From an uncultured Candidatus Saccharibacteria bacterium (lineage in GTDB: Bacteria; Patescibacteriota; Minisyncoccia; Phycocordibacterales; CALRHW01): 64,000 bases of DNA. Shown here piece by piece: positions 1 to 9,263 of this stretch (its first letter is position 1; each line of letters opens with the position of its first letter). The notes beneath the pieces were generated by a model. The model made no database searches, was not told the DNA's origin, and was given only the letters and a program-made list of their open reading frames with translations. The translations under genes were made by a program, and so were the position numbers. Location: the NCBI GenBank assembly GCA_964390845.1, contig CAYMIL010000001.1, positions 11,307 to 75,306 on the forward strand, written 5' to 3'.

Positions 1-104
1 GGTTACTGTACGCTATCTCGACAGAGCTATCGATGAGCCGTTTTCCGCACCACCAACGATAGAAAAAAATATTAAGCTTGTATTCAACTCACAACACAGG
101 GTAT

Positions 105-134
105 TTGATGTTGTACGATAAGCGGGAGTATAAT
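105..134 (+). promoter_or_regulatory. sigma70-like promoter TTGATG-N18-TATAAT; -10 ends 6 nt before ATG at 141 (possible leaderless start)
   Basis: hexamers read directly at 105-110 and 129-134. Confidence 0.3.
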
Positions 135-140
135 AGCCAC

Positions 141-605
141 ATGAATACGTACAAGCACAGTGTGAAAAAATTACTCATTGGCATTGTGTGCGCGGCAGTA
201 GTGGGTACTATCGTGTATGTTACAAAAACACCACCAGTCGTGCCAACTCTTTCACAAGAACAAGCACAGCAAACCTCAACGCAAACTACTTCTGGCACAC
301 CGACAACTCCAACGACTCCAAAGACCCCGGTAAAATCTCAAACCCCTACTACACCACCAGTGGTTCCTTCTGGTATCAGTATGACTCAAATTGCACTGCA
401 TAATTCTCGAGAGAGTTGTTGGTCTGCAATCAACGACTCCGTCTATGATCTAACAAGTTGGATTCCAAACCATCCAGGGGGCGAAAGTGCTATTTTAAGA
501 TTGTGTGGAAAGGATGGCTCAAGTGATTACAATGGCCAACACGGCAAGAGTACTCGTGTCGCGCGGATTTTAGGAGGATTTAAAATTGGCGCTCTCGCGC
601 AATAA
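141..605 (+). CDS. membrane-anchored cytochrome b5-like heme-binding domain protein (alternative TTG start at 78)
   Basis: N-terminal TM segment, Thr/Pro-rich linker (TPTTPTTPKTP), C-terminal HPGG motif (WIPNHPGGESAI) typical of cyt b5 heme-binding domains. Confidence 0.55.
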   Translation: MNTYKHSVKKLLIGIVCAAVVGTIVYVTKTPPVVPTLSQEQAQQTSTQTTSGTPTTPTTPKTPVKSQTPTTPPVVPSGISMTQIALHNSRESCWSAINDSVYDLTSWIPNHPGGESAILRLCGKDGSSDYNGQHGKSTRVARILGGFKIGALAQ

Positions 606-1020
606 CAATATGCATATGAATATACATACGCTAAAAGACATGTACGCACGTTTTCATCGGCCACTTGGTATGCATGTATTACGCCTCGGCCTCGCGTTTG
701 TGTTTTTGTGGTTCGGTTTTTCTCAGTTGTTTGATAGTCTGACATGGGTTTCGCTTGTACCAGACTGGGCTGTTGCGTTGTTGCACCTACCACCCGCAAT
801 GATTGTGCTTGCAAACGGTGTGTTTGAGGTCACTCTTGCTACGTTGCTTGCGGGAGGATTCTTTGTCCGCACTATTGCCTTCATTCTTGCGCTTCATCTA
901 TTGCCCATCACACTTGATTTTGGTCTTATTCCGACGGGCGTTCGAGATTTCGGTTTGGTGGTTGCTGCGTGCGCGCTTGCTCTTGTGTATGAACCTCATT
1001 CTAAAGAAGAAATACGCTAA
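586..1020 (+). CDS. DoxX-like/DUF417-like small integral membrane protein, paralog 1 (true start probably near 610)
   Basis: four predicted TM helices; LRLGLAFVFLWFG motif shared with ORF 3696-4130. Confidence 0.5.
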   Translation: MALSRNNNMHMNIHTLKDMYARFHRPLGMHVLRLGLAFVFLWFGFSQLFDSLTWVSLVPDWAVALLHLPPAMIVLANGVFEVTLATLLAGGFFVRTIAFILALHLLPITLDFGLIPTGVRDFGLVVAACALALVYEPHSKEEIR

Positions 1021-1026
1021 ATATAT

Positions 1027-1797
1027 ATGAAAAAAACTATTGCGATTGTTGGTGTGCTCGTAGTAATTGCTCTTGTACTCATGGCGGGTGCAAAAAACAT
1101 GCTCCACAAGTCGCCGGTCGGACCTTCTGTGCCTACAGTGCCAGCAACAATTCAAGCTGTGTTTAATGGACCCAATGGAACCGTGTCTGCAATGTTTGAG
1201 CCGGGCTTTGTAACCTTTAGCTATGCAGATCTCGGGACTGTGAAATTGCCTCAAGTTGTGTCTGCAAGTGGTGCGCGCTATGCGAATACAGATGAAAGTC
1301 TTGTGTTTTGGAATAAAGGCAACGATGTAACCATTTATAAAAATAATACGCCGATATTTGCGGGAAGTGTCGGGGGTGCATCTAGTGAAGTGCAAACGAT
1401 TCCGTCGGCAACTCCCAAACTGCCCGCGGGGAGCCCTGCGCCAGGAACAGCCGATATGCTTCGCAAGGGTACATGGGTATGGAAGAGCGCTCAGTCTGCT
1501 GGTGTTTCTCTTACACCACAAAAACCAGACGTATTTATGATTACATTTTCTGCAGATGGCCATGTCTCTGGAAAAACTGATTGCAATAGCTTCTCCGGAA
1601 CATATCAAGTAGGGTCTGATGGTGTTCTCACGCTTGGCCCTCTTGCAAGTACGCTCATGTTTTGTGAAGGATCTCAAGAAAGCCAGTTTACAAGCCTTTT
1701 TTCTGAAATGTCGCGCTACGTTGTCTCTGACAGTGTGTTGACATTGCGAAAAAATGACGGTCTAAATTCAATGGTCTTTGTGAAAATGGTACAATAG
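1027..1797 (+). CDS. secreted MliC-like + META (HslJ-like, DUF306) two-domain protein
   Basis: N-terminal signal anchor; C-terminal half with W..W, DG.vSG..CN.F.G.Y, MFC..E pattern of META domains. Confidence 0.55.
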   Translation: MKKTIAIVGVLVVIALVLMAGAKNMLHKSPVGPSVPTVPATIQAVFNGPNGTVSAMFEPGFVTFSYADLGTVKLPQVVSASGARYANTDESLVFWNKGNDVTIYKNNTPIFAGSVGGASSEVQTIPSATPKLPAGSPAPGTADMLRKGTWVWKSAQSAGVSLTPQKPDVFMITFSADGHVSGKTDCNSFSGTYQVGSDGVLTLGPLASTLMFCEGSQESQFTSLFSEMSRYVVSDSVLTLRKNDGLNSMVFVKMVQ

Positions 1798-1804
1798 AGG
1801 GGCT

Positions 1805-2701
1805 ATGAAAAAGATATTTTTTGCACTTATCGTGCTCGTTCTCGCTGGTTTCGGTATTTACTACGTTATGGGTAATCGTGCGGCCGCTCCTGCGCCTGTG
1901 CAAGAGCAACCTCAACAAGTACAAGAAGAAGCAACAACAACACCCGTTGTGCAAACTGGTCCCGAATCTGTCATCGGTACGTCGGTAGAAGGCAACGATA
2001 TTATGGCGTATCACTTTGGAAGCGGTCCGCAGGAGGTGTTGTTTGTCGGAGGTATTCATGGTGGCTATGAATGGAATACCGTGTTCCTTGGTTTTAAGCT
2101 TGTCGATTATCTCAAAGAAAATCCAACACTCATTCCTGCAAATCAGAAGGTTACGGTAATTCCTGTACTCAATCCAGATGGTCTTAAAAAGGTAGTTGGT
2201 TCCGCGGGACGTTTCTCACTCGATGCGGTTCCTTCTTCAGAGAGCGCAACAGTTCCTGGCCGTTTTAATGGCAACAATGTGGACCTCAACCGAAACTTTG
2301 ATTGTGATTGGCAAGAATCTGGCGTGTGGAGAAATACACCGGTAAGTGGTGGTGCGTCAGCATTTTCTGAGCCAGAAAGTCAGGCGCTTCGAGATTATGT
2401 ACAAAACAATAAGCCTGTTGCTGTTGTTGCGTGGTACAGTGCTGCGGGTGGTGTCTTTGCCTCAAGTTGTCACAATGGTGTATCTGCTGAAACTCGCACA
2501 ATCTTGAAAGCATATGCAGATGCGTCAAAGTATCCTGCACACGACGATTTTGATTTCTATGAAGTAACGGGGGATATGGTAAATTGGCTTGCAAAAGTAA
2601 ATGTTCCCGCAATCAGTATTCTTCTTACAAACCACACAAGCATTGAGTGGGACAAAAATCTTGCCGGTATACAAGCTGTTCTCAAACACTTCGCTCAATA
2701 A
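1805..2701 (+). CDS. membrane-anchored M14-family zinc carboxypeptidase-like protein, tandem paralog A
   Basis: GGIHGGYEWNT, NPDG, DLNRNF motifs; N-terminal TM. Confidence 0.6.
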   Translation: MKKIFFALIVLVLAGFGIYYVMGNRAAAPAPVQEQPQQVQEEATTTPVVQTGPESVIGTSVEGNDIMAYHFGSGPQEVLFVGGIHGGYEWNTVFLGFKLVDYLKENPTLIPANQKVTVIPVLNPDGLKKVVGSAGRFSLDAVPSSESATVPGRFNGNNVDLNRNFDCDWQESGVWRNTPVSGGASAFSEPESQALRDYVQNNKPVAVVAWYSAAGGVFASSCHNGVSAETRTILKAYADASKYPAHDDFDFYEVTGDMVNWLAKVNVPAISILLTNHTSIEWDKNLAGIQAVLKHFAQ

Positions 2702-2707
2702 TAGTAA

Positions 2708-3577
2708 GTGATGACTCCTCGCGCCAAGATACTTGCGACGATAAGTGTGCTCGTGGTGTGTGTGATCGGCGTTTTCTTGTGGCTTAGCACAAGGACTCCC
2801 GCGCCAGTAGAGCCTGCGCTCGAAGCAGTACGCGCAGAACGTCGCGCCGTGATAGGTACATCGCAGGAAGGTCGGTCTATTGAGGCATACACATTTGGAA
2901 ATGGATCGAAGACTCTTTTGTTTGTCGGAGGTATTCATGGTGGATATGAATGGAATACTGTACTTCTTGCGTATCAGTTTATAGACTATCTTTCACAACA
3001 CGCATCAGATATTCCCGACACGCTCTCTGTTGTCGTTATTCCATCTGCTAATCCAGACGGTGTGTACAAGGTTGTTGGAAAAGAGGGAAGGTTTACGCAA
3101 GCGGACGTTTCTCCAGATGCTTCAGTACAAGCGTCAGGTCGTTTCAATGCTCGTTCTGTAGATCTCAATAGAAACTTTGAGTGCGCATGGAAACCAGAAG
3201 CGACATGGCGTTCAAAAACCGTTAGCGCTGGTAGCGCGCCTTTTTCCGAAGCGGAAACACAAGTCTTGCAACAATTTATTCTGACCACACAACCAGTGGG
3301 TGTTGTCTTTTGGCACAGTCAGGCGAACACGGTGTACGCCGGTGATTGCGCAGGAGTTTTTCTGCCGTTGTCGTTATCGATGATGAATGAATATGCGTCA
3401 GCGGCAGGGTATCAGCGCGCAGAAACATTTGATAGTTATCCTGTAACAGGTTCTGCTGATGGGTGGCTTACGACAATCAATATTCCATCTATTACTGTTG
3501 AATTGCAGACACATGAGTCTGTGGAATGGGATAAAAATCTCGCGGGCAGCAAGGCACTCTTTTCTCTATTTAAGTAA
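2708..3577 (+). CDS. membrane-anchored M14-family zinc carboxypeptidase-like protein, tandem paralog B
   Basis: same GGIHGGYEWNTV / NPDG / DLNRNF motifs; alignable along full length with 1805-2701. Confidence 0.6.
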   Translation: MMTPRAKILATISVLVVCVIGVFLWLSTRTPAPVEPALEAVRAERRAVIGTSQEGRSIEAYTFGNGSKTLLFVGGIHGGYEWNTVLLAYQFIDYLSQHASDIPDTLSVVVIPSANPDGVYKVVGKEGRFTQADVSPDASVQASGRFNARSVDLNRNFECAWKPEATWRSKTVSAGSAPFSEAETQVLQQFILTTQPVGVVFWHSQANTVYAGDCAGVFLPLSLSMMNEYASAAGYQRAETFDSYPVTGSADGWLTTINIPSITVELQTHESVEWDKNLAGSKALFSLFK

Positions 3578-3607
3578 TGTAATGTTTGTGAGATAATAAA
3601 GTGGTCT

Positions 3608-3691
3608 ATGACAAAAGATCTTACGATTTTGCTTGTTGTTGTTCTCACCATTTTTGCGGCGTGGATTATAGCTGTGGCACATCTTGTGTAA
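3608..3691 (+). CDS. possible 27-aa hydrophobic micropeptide (MTKDLTILLVVVLTIFAAWIIAVAHLV)
   Basis: short ORF below 60-aa track cut-off found by hand; single TM; ends 4 nt before DoxX-like start. Confidence 0.2.
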   Translation: MTKDLTILLVVVLTIFAAWIIAVAHLV

Positions 3692-3695
3692 TATC

Positions 3696-4130
3696 ATGAG
3701 GCGATTACTGTACAACGATGCATTTTTAAAAACATATGGAGATGCGCTTATGGTCGCGCTTCGTTTGGGGCTCGCGCTCATCTTTATCTGGTTTGGCGCA
3801 CTCAAAGTCTTTGGTTTCAACCCTGTGTTTGATCTCATCTACTATTCTATGGTGCCAGCGTTTGCACATGGTGTAGGTCTTTTGTGGCTTGGTGTTGCCG
3901 AGCTTTGTATTGGTGTGATGCTTGTTATCAATCGAGCGCTTATCTTCACGCATCTTGTGCTTCTCGGACATCTCATCGGCACATTTTCTACGTTTCTATT
4001 TGGCTGGCATGTTATCTTTGATCCGTATTTTCCAGTGCTATCTCTTTCTGGTGAATTCGTCGTAAAAAATATGGTGCTTGCAATAAGCGGTCTTGTGGTG
4101 CTTGTGTTTGAATTGCGTCGTAGTAGATAG
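3696..4130 (+). CDS. DoxX-like/DUF417-like small integral membrane protein, paralog 2
   Basis: VALRLGLALIFIWFGALKVFGF aligns with paralog at 586-1020; 4 TM. Confidence 0.5.
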   Translation: MRRLLYNDAFLKTYGDALMVALRLGLALIFIWFGALKVFGFNPVFDLIYYSMVPAFAHGVGLLWLGVAELCIGVMLVINRALIFTHLVLLGHLIGTFSTFLFGWHVIFDPYFPVLSLSGEFVVKNMVLAISGLVVLVFELRRSR

Positions 4131-4160
4131 TTGAAAGTGTATTGGGGTGATATGTAAAAA

Positions 4161-4188
4161 CGCGCGACCCTGTTGTGAGGGTCGCGCG
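4161..4188 (-). terminator. rho-independent terminator (11-bp perfect stem CGCGCGACCCT/AGGGTCGCGCG, loop GTTGTG, T-run on minus strand)
   Basis: inverted repeat read directly; on minus strand followed by TTTTTAC. Confidence 0.55.
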
Positions 4189-4301
4189 AGAAATGCAGCG
4201 AGATGCGGTCATGGCGTCAGTACGGCTTGTGCACCAAAGAACAGCGCGCCTACCGACAGTGCCGCGAGGATGCCGGCAAACGTGTCGTCGAGCATGATGC
4301 C

Positions 4302-4778
4302 TCATACGCCTGGGCATTTTTCCGCGGTCGATACTGGTACGGGCTTGAGGGTATCGAACACACGGAACATGATGAGTGCCGCCACAAGCCACCAGAACTG
4401 GAGCCACGCATCTCCAACGGGGAACAGGAACACGGCGAGCCCCGCGATTGCCTGACCGTGCACTTCATCGATGTTGGTCTCGTTGAAGTCGTGCGAGGTT
4501 TCTTCGCCTGTGTGTCGCTTGCGCTTGCCCCAGCGGGTTGCCATGAAGTGTTCGGCCGTGCCAACGAAGCACAGTCCGAGCATGAACGACGTCACGACGA
4601 GAACCAGCGAAGCGGTCCAGTCGTACCCCTGCCACACGAACATGCATTGGATGGCGAAGGCAACGAGGCTGCCCATGAGACCGCCGCCGGCTCCTGCCTT
4701 GCGGAGAATGATTCCTGGGATGAAGCCACTGAAGCCACCACTTGAAACTCCGATCGCACAAAGGGCGAGTATGTTCAT
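4302..4778 (-). CDS. pgpA: phosphatidylglycerophosphatase A (PgpA family), in ~62% GC island
   Basis: alignable to E. coli PgpA blocks (GSG..PGT.GSL, IDEVHG.., WLVAALIMFRVFDTLKPVPV vs WVAAGFVIFRILDMWKPWPI); GGAGGG SD before ATG (MNIL...). Confidence 0.6.
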   Translation of the reverse strand: MNILALCAIGVSSGGFSGFIPGIILRKAGAGGGLMGSLVAFAIQCMFVWQGYDWTASLVLVVTSFMLGLCFVGTAEHFMATRWGKRKRHTGEETSHDFNETNIDEVHGQAIAGLAVFLFPVGDAWLQFWWLVAALIMFRVFDTLKPVPVSTAEKCPGV

Positions 4779-4922
4779 ACGCGCACCCTCCTTTCTCTGG
4801 ATGTATATAGAACAATCCGACACAATGTACCATGATATTTTTATTTTGACTATGTTTCTATTGTCGATTAGTATTATTCACGGAATTAAGAACAACATCT
4901 GCGTCGTGCGCAAGGAGGCACC

Positions 4923-5222
4923 GTGAACCTTAGACTTGTGGGAACGAATCGTAGGAGGGCGTATTACCCACGACTTCTTCGCATATACCACCGTATTGCA
5001 TTTCAGGAACATGGACCCTGCATTCTTTGTAGGCACCCCATCAATCCTGGAGAGGAGTATTGTGGCGCTGTGTATGTTCAGAGGGGAAAATTGTGGGTCC
5101 TCAAGCAACACCTGTTCTGTATGGATGAATTTGACGATGAGATTGATAGACTCGATAACGAGATGCGAGAAGATGAAGATGAGCGTGGAAAAGTGAGTCG
5201 ATCCCATCGTCGAGTCGCCTGA
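4923..5222 (+). CDS. small Cys-rich (putative zinc-ribbon) protein with acidic C-terminus, GTG start
   Basis: strong SD AAGGAGG 5 nt before GTG; C-x2-C-x11-C plus extra Cys; DEFDDEIDRLDNEMREDEDE tail. Confidence 0.35.
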   Translation: MNLRLVGTNRRRAYYPRLLRIYHRIAFQEHGPCILCRHPINPGEEYCGAVYVQRGKLWVLKQHLFCMDEFDDEIDRLDNEMREDEDERGKVSRSHRRVA

Positions 5223-5279
5223 ATCACCCAAGGCCGATGCGAAAAGCGCAGCGGTCTTGTTTTTTAATCCATCTAGAAA

Positions 5280-7451
5280 CTATGCCGGCCACTTTTCTAC
5301 GATGAGTAGATTTTTTTCTGCCTGAGGAAGATGCGCCCAGATTTCTTCTGTTACAAATGGCATGAATGGGTGAAGAATGACGACGCAGTGTTTGAGAATC
5401 TTAAGAAGTGTTTGCTGTCGAGATAGTTTTGCTGTATCGTCTGTGCCCGAAAGTATCGGCTTACTTTCCTCGAGTATTTTGTCTGCGAAGCGGTCCCAGA
5501 TGTAATGATAGATTTTTTCAGATGCGAGATGGAAGCGGAATCCGTCGAGGTCTGACGTGATATCTTTTGTTATTGTTTCAAGCTCATCGATGAGTGCTTT
5601 GTCTGCGTCTGTCGTAATCTGTGCAGAGTTTTCTACAATCCCTTCAGTGTTTGAAAGCACAAACCGTGTGATGTTCCAGAGTTTGTTTGCAAAATTTTTG
5701 TACCCCTTTATCTTGCTTTCTGAAAGCGCGGTATCGCTTCCAGGCGGATTACCAACAACAAGTCCCATACGAAGCGCATCGGTGCCGTATTTTTCTGTCA
5801 TGTCGACAGGGTTTACCACGTTGCCCTTGCTCTTGCTCATCTTTTTTCCGTGAGCGTCGTTGACGAGGCCGTGGAGATACACATCGCGGAATGGTACGTT
5901 GCCCGCAAGATAGAGGCCGAAAATCACCATGCGTGGAATCCATTTGAAAATGAGGTCATAACCCGACTCCATGACGTCGGTAGGGTAATGTGCGCTAAAA
6001 TCTTTACCGTCTGGGTATCCTGTTGTGATAAGCGGCCACTGGCCAGAAGAAAACCACGTGTCGAATGTGTCAGTATCTTGTGTTACTGAGCCACCGCACT
6101 TTGGGCATGTCGTCGCAGTGTTTTCAAGGTCGGGGAAGGCGTGACCGCATGCACCTTTTTCGTTGGCACAGATTTTTGCAGGAATCTGAATACCCCACAC
6201 GATTTGTCGGGAAATATTCCAGTCGAGTGTGTTCTCCATCCAGTAGTTGAAGATTTTTCGGTAATTGTCTGGATGGAATGTGATGTTGCCCGCTTCTACG
6301 GCAGCGAGCGCCTTTTCTGCAAGCGGTTTCATTTTTACATACCATTGTGGCATGCGCCGCGGCTCAATAACTGTGTTGCATTTGTAGCATGTCGGTACAG
6401 GGTGTACGTAGTCTTCGGTTTTCTCGATAAGACCGAGTGCTTCGAGATCGGCGGCAACTTGTTTGCGAGCCTCGGCAATTTTAAGCCCGGCATATTTCCC
6501 AGTTTTCTCGTTTAGTTTTCCATACTTGTCGATAACCTCAACAGAAGGGAGGTTGTGTCGCGCGGCAAGCTCGAAATCATTTTTGTCGTGAGCGGGTGTG
6601 ATTTTGAGTGCGCCTGTTCCAAATTCTTTTTCTACCATCTCATCACCAACAACAAGGAGGTTCATGTCGCCGATAGGTGTTTGTACCGTAATAGTAGTAC
6701 CAATGAGTGATTTGTATCGCTCGTCTGTTGGATGTACTGCTACAGCAACATCACCGAACATTGTTTCTGGACGTACGGTGGCGACGGTGAGAGGGCCATA
6801 TTTCAAATAGTAGAGCTTGTCCGTCATTTCTTTTGTTTCAGTCTCTACATCGGAGAGGGATGTCTGGTGTTTTGTGCACCAGTTCACCATGCGGTCGCCA
6901 CGATAGACAAGGCCGTCATCGTACATTTTTTTAAATGTCTCCTGAACCTGACGAATAACTTTTTCGTCGAGGGTAAAGAGTTCACGTGACCAGTCGCACG
7001 ACGCACCAAGCATGCGCACTTGGTTTTCCATGGTCGCCTTGTTTTCTAGAGTAAATTTGTAGATCTCCTCATAGAGTTCGCGCGGGTCCATTTTGAAACG
7101 CGAACGACCTTCTTTTTCAAGTTTTCGTTCGTATACAATCTGTGTTTCAAAACCAGCATGGTCTGCACCGGGAATCCAGAGTGCACGAAAGCCCTTCATG
7201 CGTTTGTAGCGGGTGATGATATCTTCGACGGTGATAGCGAGCGCGTGGCCGACGTGGAGGTTGCCGTTGGCGTTTGGTGGGGGCATGACAATAGTAAATG
7301 CCTTAGCGTCGTCGTATCGAGCGGGGAGATTGTCGGGGTTGAAAAAGCCAGAGCGTTCCCACTCGGCGTAGATTGTCGACTCCGTACTCTTTGGGTCGTA
7401 TGGTTTTGTAAATTTCTCGTGAATATTGTGTATTATAGCGGTTTTTGGCAC
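5280..7451 (-). CDS. valS: valyl-tRNA synthetase (compact, 723 aa)
   Basis: class I HIGH-type NANGNLHVGHA, RPETMFGDVAVAVHP (ValRS signature), KMSKS. Confidence 0.85.
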   Translation of the reverse strand: MPKTAIIHNIHEKFTKPYDPKSTESTIYAEWERSGFFNPDNLPARYDDAKAFTIVMPPPNANGNLHVGHALAITVEDIITRYKRMKGFRALWIPGADHAGFETQIVYERKLEKEGRSRFKMDPRELYEEIYKFTLENKATMENQVRMLGASCDWSRELFTLDEKVIRQVQETFKKMYDDGLVYRGDRMVNWCTKHQTSLSDVETETKEMTDKLYYLKYGPLTVATVRPETMFGDVAVAVHPTDERYKSLIGTTITVQTPIGDMNLLVVGDEMVEKEFGTGALKITPAHDKNDFELAARHNLPSVEVIDKYGKLNEKTGKYAGLKIAEARKQVAADLEALGLIEKTEDYVHPVPTCYKCNTVIEPRRMPQWYVKMKPLAEKALAAVEAGNITFHPDNYRKIFNYWMENTLDWNISRQIVWGIQIPAKICANEKGACGHAFPDLENTATTCPKCGGSVTQDTDTFDTWFSSGQWPLITTGYPDGKDFSAHYPTDVMESGYDLIFKWIPRMVIFGLYLAGNVPFRDVYLHGLVNDAHGKKMSKSKGNVVNPVDMTEKYGTDALRMGLVVGNPPGSDTALSESKIKGYKNFANKLWNITRFVLSNTEGIVENSAQITTDADKALIDELETITKDITSDLDGFRFHLASEKIYHYIWDRFADKILEESKPILSGTDDTAKLSRQQTLLKILKHCVVILHPFMPFVTEEIWAHLPQAEKNLLIVEKWPA

Positions 7452-7477
7452 AATGTGAATACGTTACTATATATTAT

Positions 7478-7942
7478 ATGACACACAAACATATCACCGT
7501 ATTGCGCAAAGAGTCGCTTGTACAAATGATTAAAAACGCCCCTGGGACGCGTTTGTTCAACTCACTTATCGTGCGTCATGAAGATACGGGTCGTGTGGAA
7601 GATGTATTTCAAGATGGAAATCTTTCTTGTGCAGCATTTGTCAGTAGTTTGCTAACGCTCACGACTATGCTTTCCGAGCCACGAGCAACCGTTGCTTCAC
7701 TCCGCGCTGTTATAGAAGAATCTTCGCAATGGGAGTCTGTTGATGTGGCGAACGTAGAACCTGGAGATGTTGTGTTTTGGGCAACACAGCGTTTTGATAA
7801 CGGCGAAGATCACGCTCATGTTGGTTTTGTGTTGAATTCAGAGGAGGCGGTTTCTACCGACTACAAAGTTCGCGCTGTAGCGAAACATCCACTTGTGGGA
7901 ACGAGAGTAATCGACGCGGTGTTTAGGTATCGTGTTATCTAA
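7478..7942 (+). CDS. hypothetical protein, possible papain-like/NlpC-P60-like Cys-His fold
   Basis: conserved-looking LSCAAF ... GDVVFW ... HVGFV arrangement; no firm family call. Confidence 0.4.
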   Translation: MTHKHITVLRKESLVQMIKNAPGTRLFNSLIVRHEDTGRVEDVFQDGNLSCAAFVSSLLTLTTMLSEPRATVASLRAVIEESSQWESVDVANVEPGDVVFWATQRFDNGEDHAHVGFVLNSEEAVSTDYKVRAVAKHPLVGTRVIDAVFRYRVI

Positions 7943-7999
7943 AAGAGAAAGCCACCCAGATTCTTGCGAACCCAGGTGGCCTACGGGAGGGAAAAGCTC

Positions 8000-8431
8000 T
8001 CACTGTTTCGCGAGTTTCTGCTTGTGAGCCTCGGAAACAGACTTGTTGAGTCGTTCGATGAACGGCGCGGCACTTTCGGGCCACTTTCCGTCCGGATGCA
8101 CTTTGGTGTGGGTGAACACACCATTGCGATCTCGAAGTGAAAATGATTCCCATCGTCCATCTGCCTTGATGTCGCGCGCAGTGAGCAGGGTGAAGTCGGC
8201 GAACCTCATGCTCATCGGCGTGAGTATCACGACGCGGTCGTCGTAGCCCGTCTGCGAGTTGTAGTCCTCGCGCACGTTTACGGTACAACCGTCGTAGGAA
8301 CTCAGGTATTCCATGGGCGGATGTGGTGTCACATCGCCCTTGTTGTCTAGCCCGAGGAATACGAGCACCATGAGCGGGAGCGCTGCTGCGAAAGCAATCG
8401 CCCCACGAACCCTTGCGTATGTCCGAGTCAC
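8000..8431 (-). CDS. hypothetical secreted/membrane-anchored protein (high-GC island; GTG start with GGAGGAG SD; alternative ATG at 8485)
   Basis: N-terminal hydrophobic anchor AIAFAAALPLMVLVFLGL; GC-rich codon third positions. Confidence 0.4.
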   Translation of the reverse strand: MTRTYARVRGAIAFAAALPLMVLVFLGLDNKGDVTPHPPMEYLSSYDGCTVNVREDYNSQTGYDDRVVILTPMSMRFADFTLLTARDIKADGRWESFSLRDRNGVFTHTKVHPDGKWPESAAPFIERLNKSVSEAHKQKLAKQ

Positions 8432-8464
8432 GTCTTCTCCTCCATGAAAAGAGCTTGTTGACCT

Positions 8465-8520
8465 CTGGATTCCCCCGGAATCCATGACAAGGCCTTCACT
8501 ATTGATATTACCATATATGG
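8465..8520. promoter_or_regulatory. divergent intergenic region with two perfect palindromes: TGGATTCC-CCC-GGAATCCA (8465-8483) and ACCATATATGGT (8509-8520)
   Basis: read directly; lies between divergently oriented high-GC ORFs. Confidence 0.35.
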
Positions 8521-8570
8521 TAGAATTAAAAAGGATTTTGACATACCCTCATTTCGTGGAGACATCCACC

Positions 8571-9242
8571 ATGGATGGTCATTCCGTCGTTGCTGACGGC
8601 GTTTCTACGCACGCACCCCACATCAAAAAGAAGGAGGTTTCTTGTGGTGCTGAAGAAGCAGTGAATGCTTTTAAGCTCTACAGCATTTCAAAGCAGGTAG
8701 AATCGTTTGCTCGCCGTGGAGTTCGGAGGGGGTGTTCTCCCTTCGACTTCGAATGTCCGCGTGGGCATGGTATGCAAGGAAACATACTTGTTCCGAGAAT
8801 TGAGTTTCTCGGACGCAACAGAGAGGAGGCTGGTGTTCGGCTTGTGCGTGTGTTTGGAACCATGCTCAAGCATCGGTTTTCGAGCGTAGACCTGCGGGGT
8901 TCGACACTCGAAGACAAGACGACGCGCGGTCTTGCTCGTGTGCAGGAGTATCACATCAATCGAAACATGCAGTTCGTGGCACTGCCGGTACGCGTAGTGG
9001 TTGCTCAGTCTGACACACGCGACGACGAATTTGGCCTCGGCCTTGTCGAGACTATGTCGTTTGTGATGACCCATGTGCCTCGGTTGTGGGCACTTTATTC
9101 TGCCATTGGCACGTTTTCGATCCCGTGTCTTGGGGAGCGATTCTTCGAATTCGTCTTCCGTGATGGCGTGGTTGAGCTCGTTGCCTGTGAGCAGAATGCA
9201 GTGCTTCAGCGTGTGCATGTGTGGGCAACATGCTGGCGGTAG
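8571..9242 (+). CDS. hypothetical protein (high-GC island; ORF opens at 8484, ATG with GGAGA SD at 8571)
   Basis: long ORF with GC-rich third positions; no recognisable domain. Confidence 0.4.
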   Translation: MDGHSVVADGVSTHAPHIKKKEVSCGAEEAVNAFKLYSISKQVESFARRGVRRGCSPFDFECPRGHGMQGNILVPRIEFLGRNREEAGVRLVRVFGTMLKHRFSSVDLRGSTLEDKTTRGLARVQEYHINRNMQFVALPVRVVVAQSDTRDDEFGLGLVETMSFVMTHVPRLWALYSAIGTFSIPCLGERFFEFVFRDGVVELVACEQNAVLQRVHVWATCWR

Positions 9243-9263
9243 CGCGAGGGCTGTTCGTTGGAT

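Noticed and set aside
898-1677. 259-aa Cys/Arg-rich minus-strand ORF
   Set aside because: Fully antisense to the MliC/META gene, which has a clear signal peptide and domain pattern. Composition is typical of shadow ORFs.
4203-4745. 180-aa plus-strand ORF (and 4250-4564, 4465-4833 minus-strand ORFs) in the pgpA region
   Set aside because: High GC content keeps several frames open. Only the 4302-4778 minus frame gives a recognisable PgpA alignment and an SD.
6141-6515. Plus-strand ORFs inside valS (5557-5853, 5850-6089, 6141-6515, 6598-6810, 6732-6989)
   Set aside because: All antisense to valS, which has full-length class I aaRS motifs.
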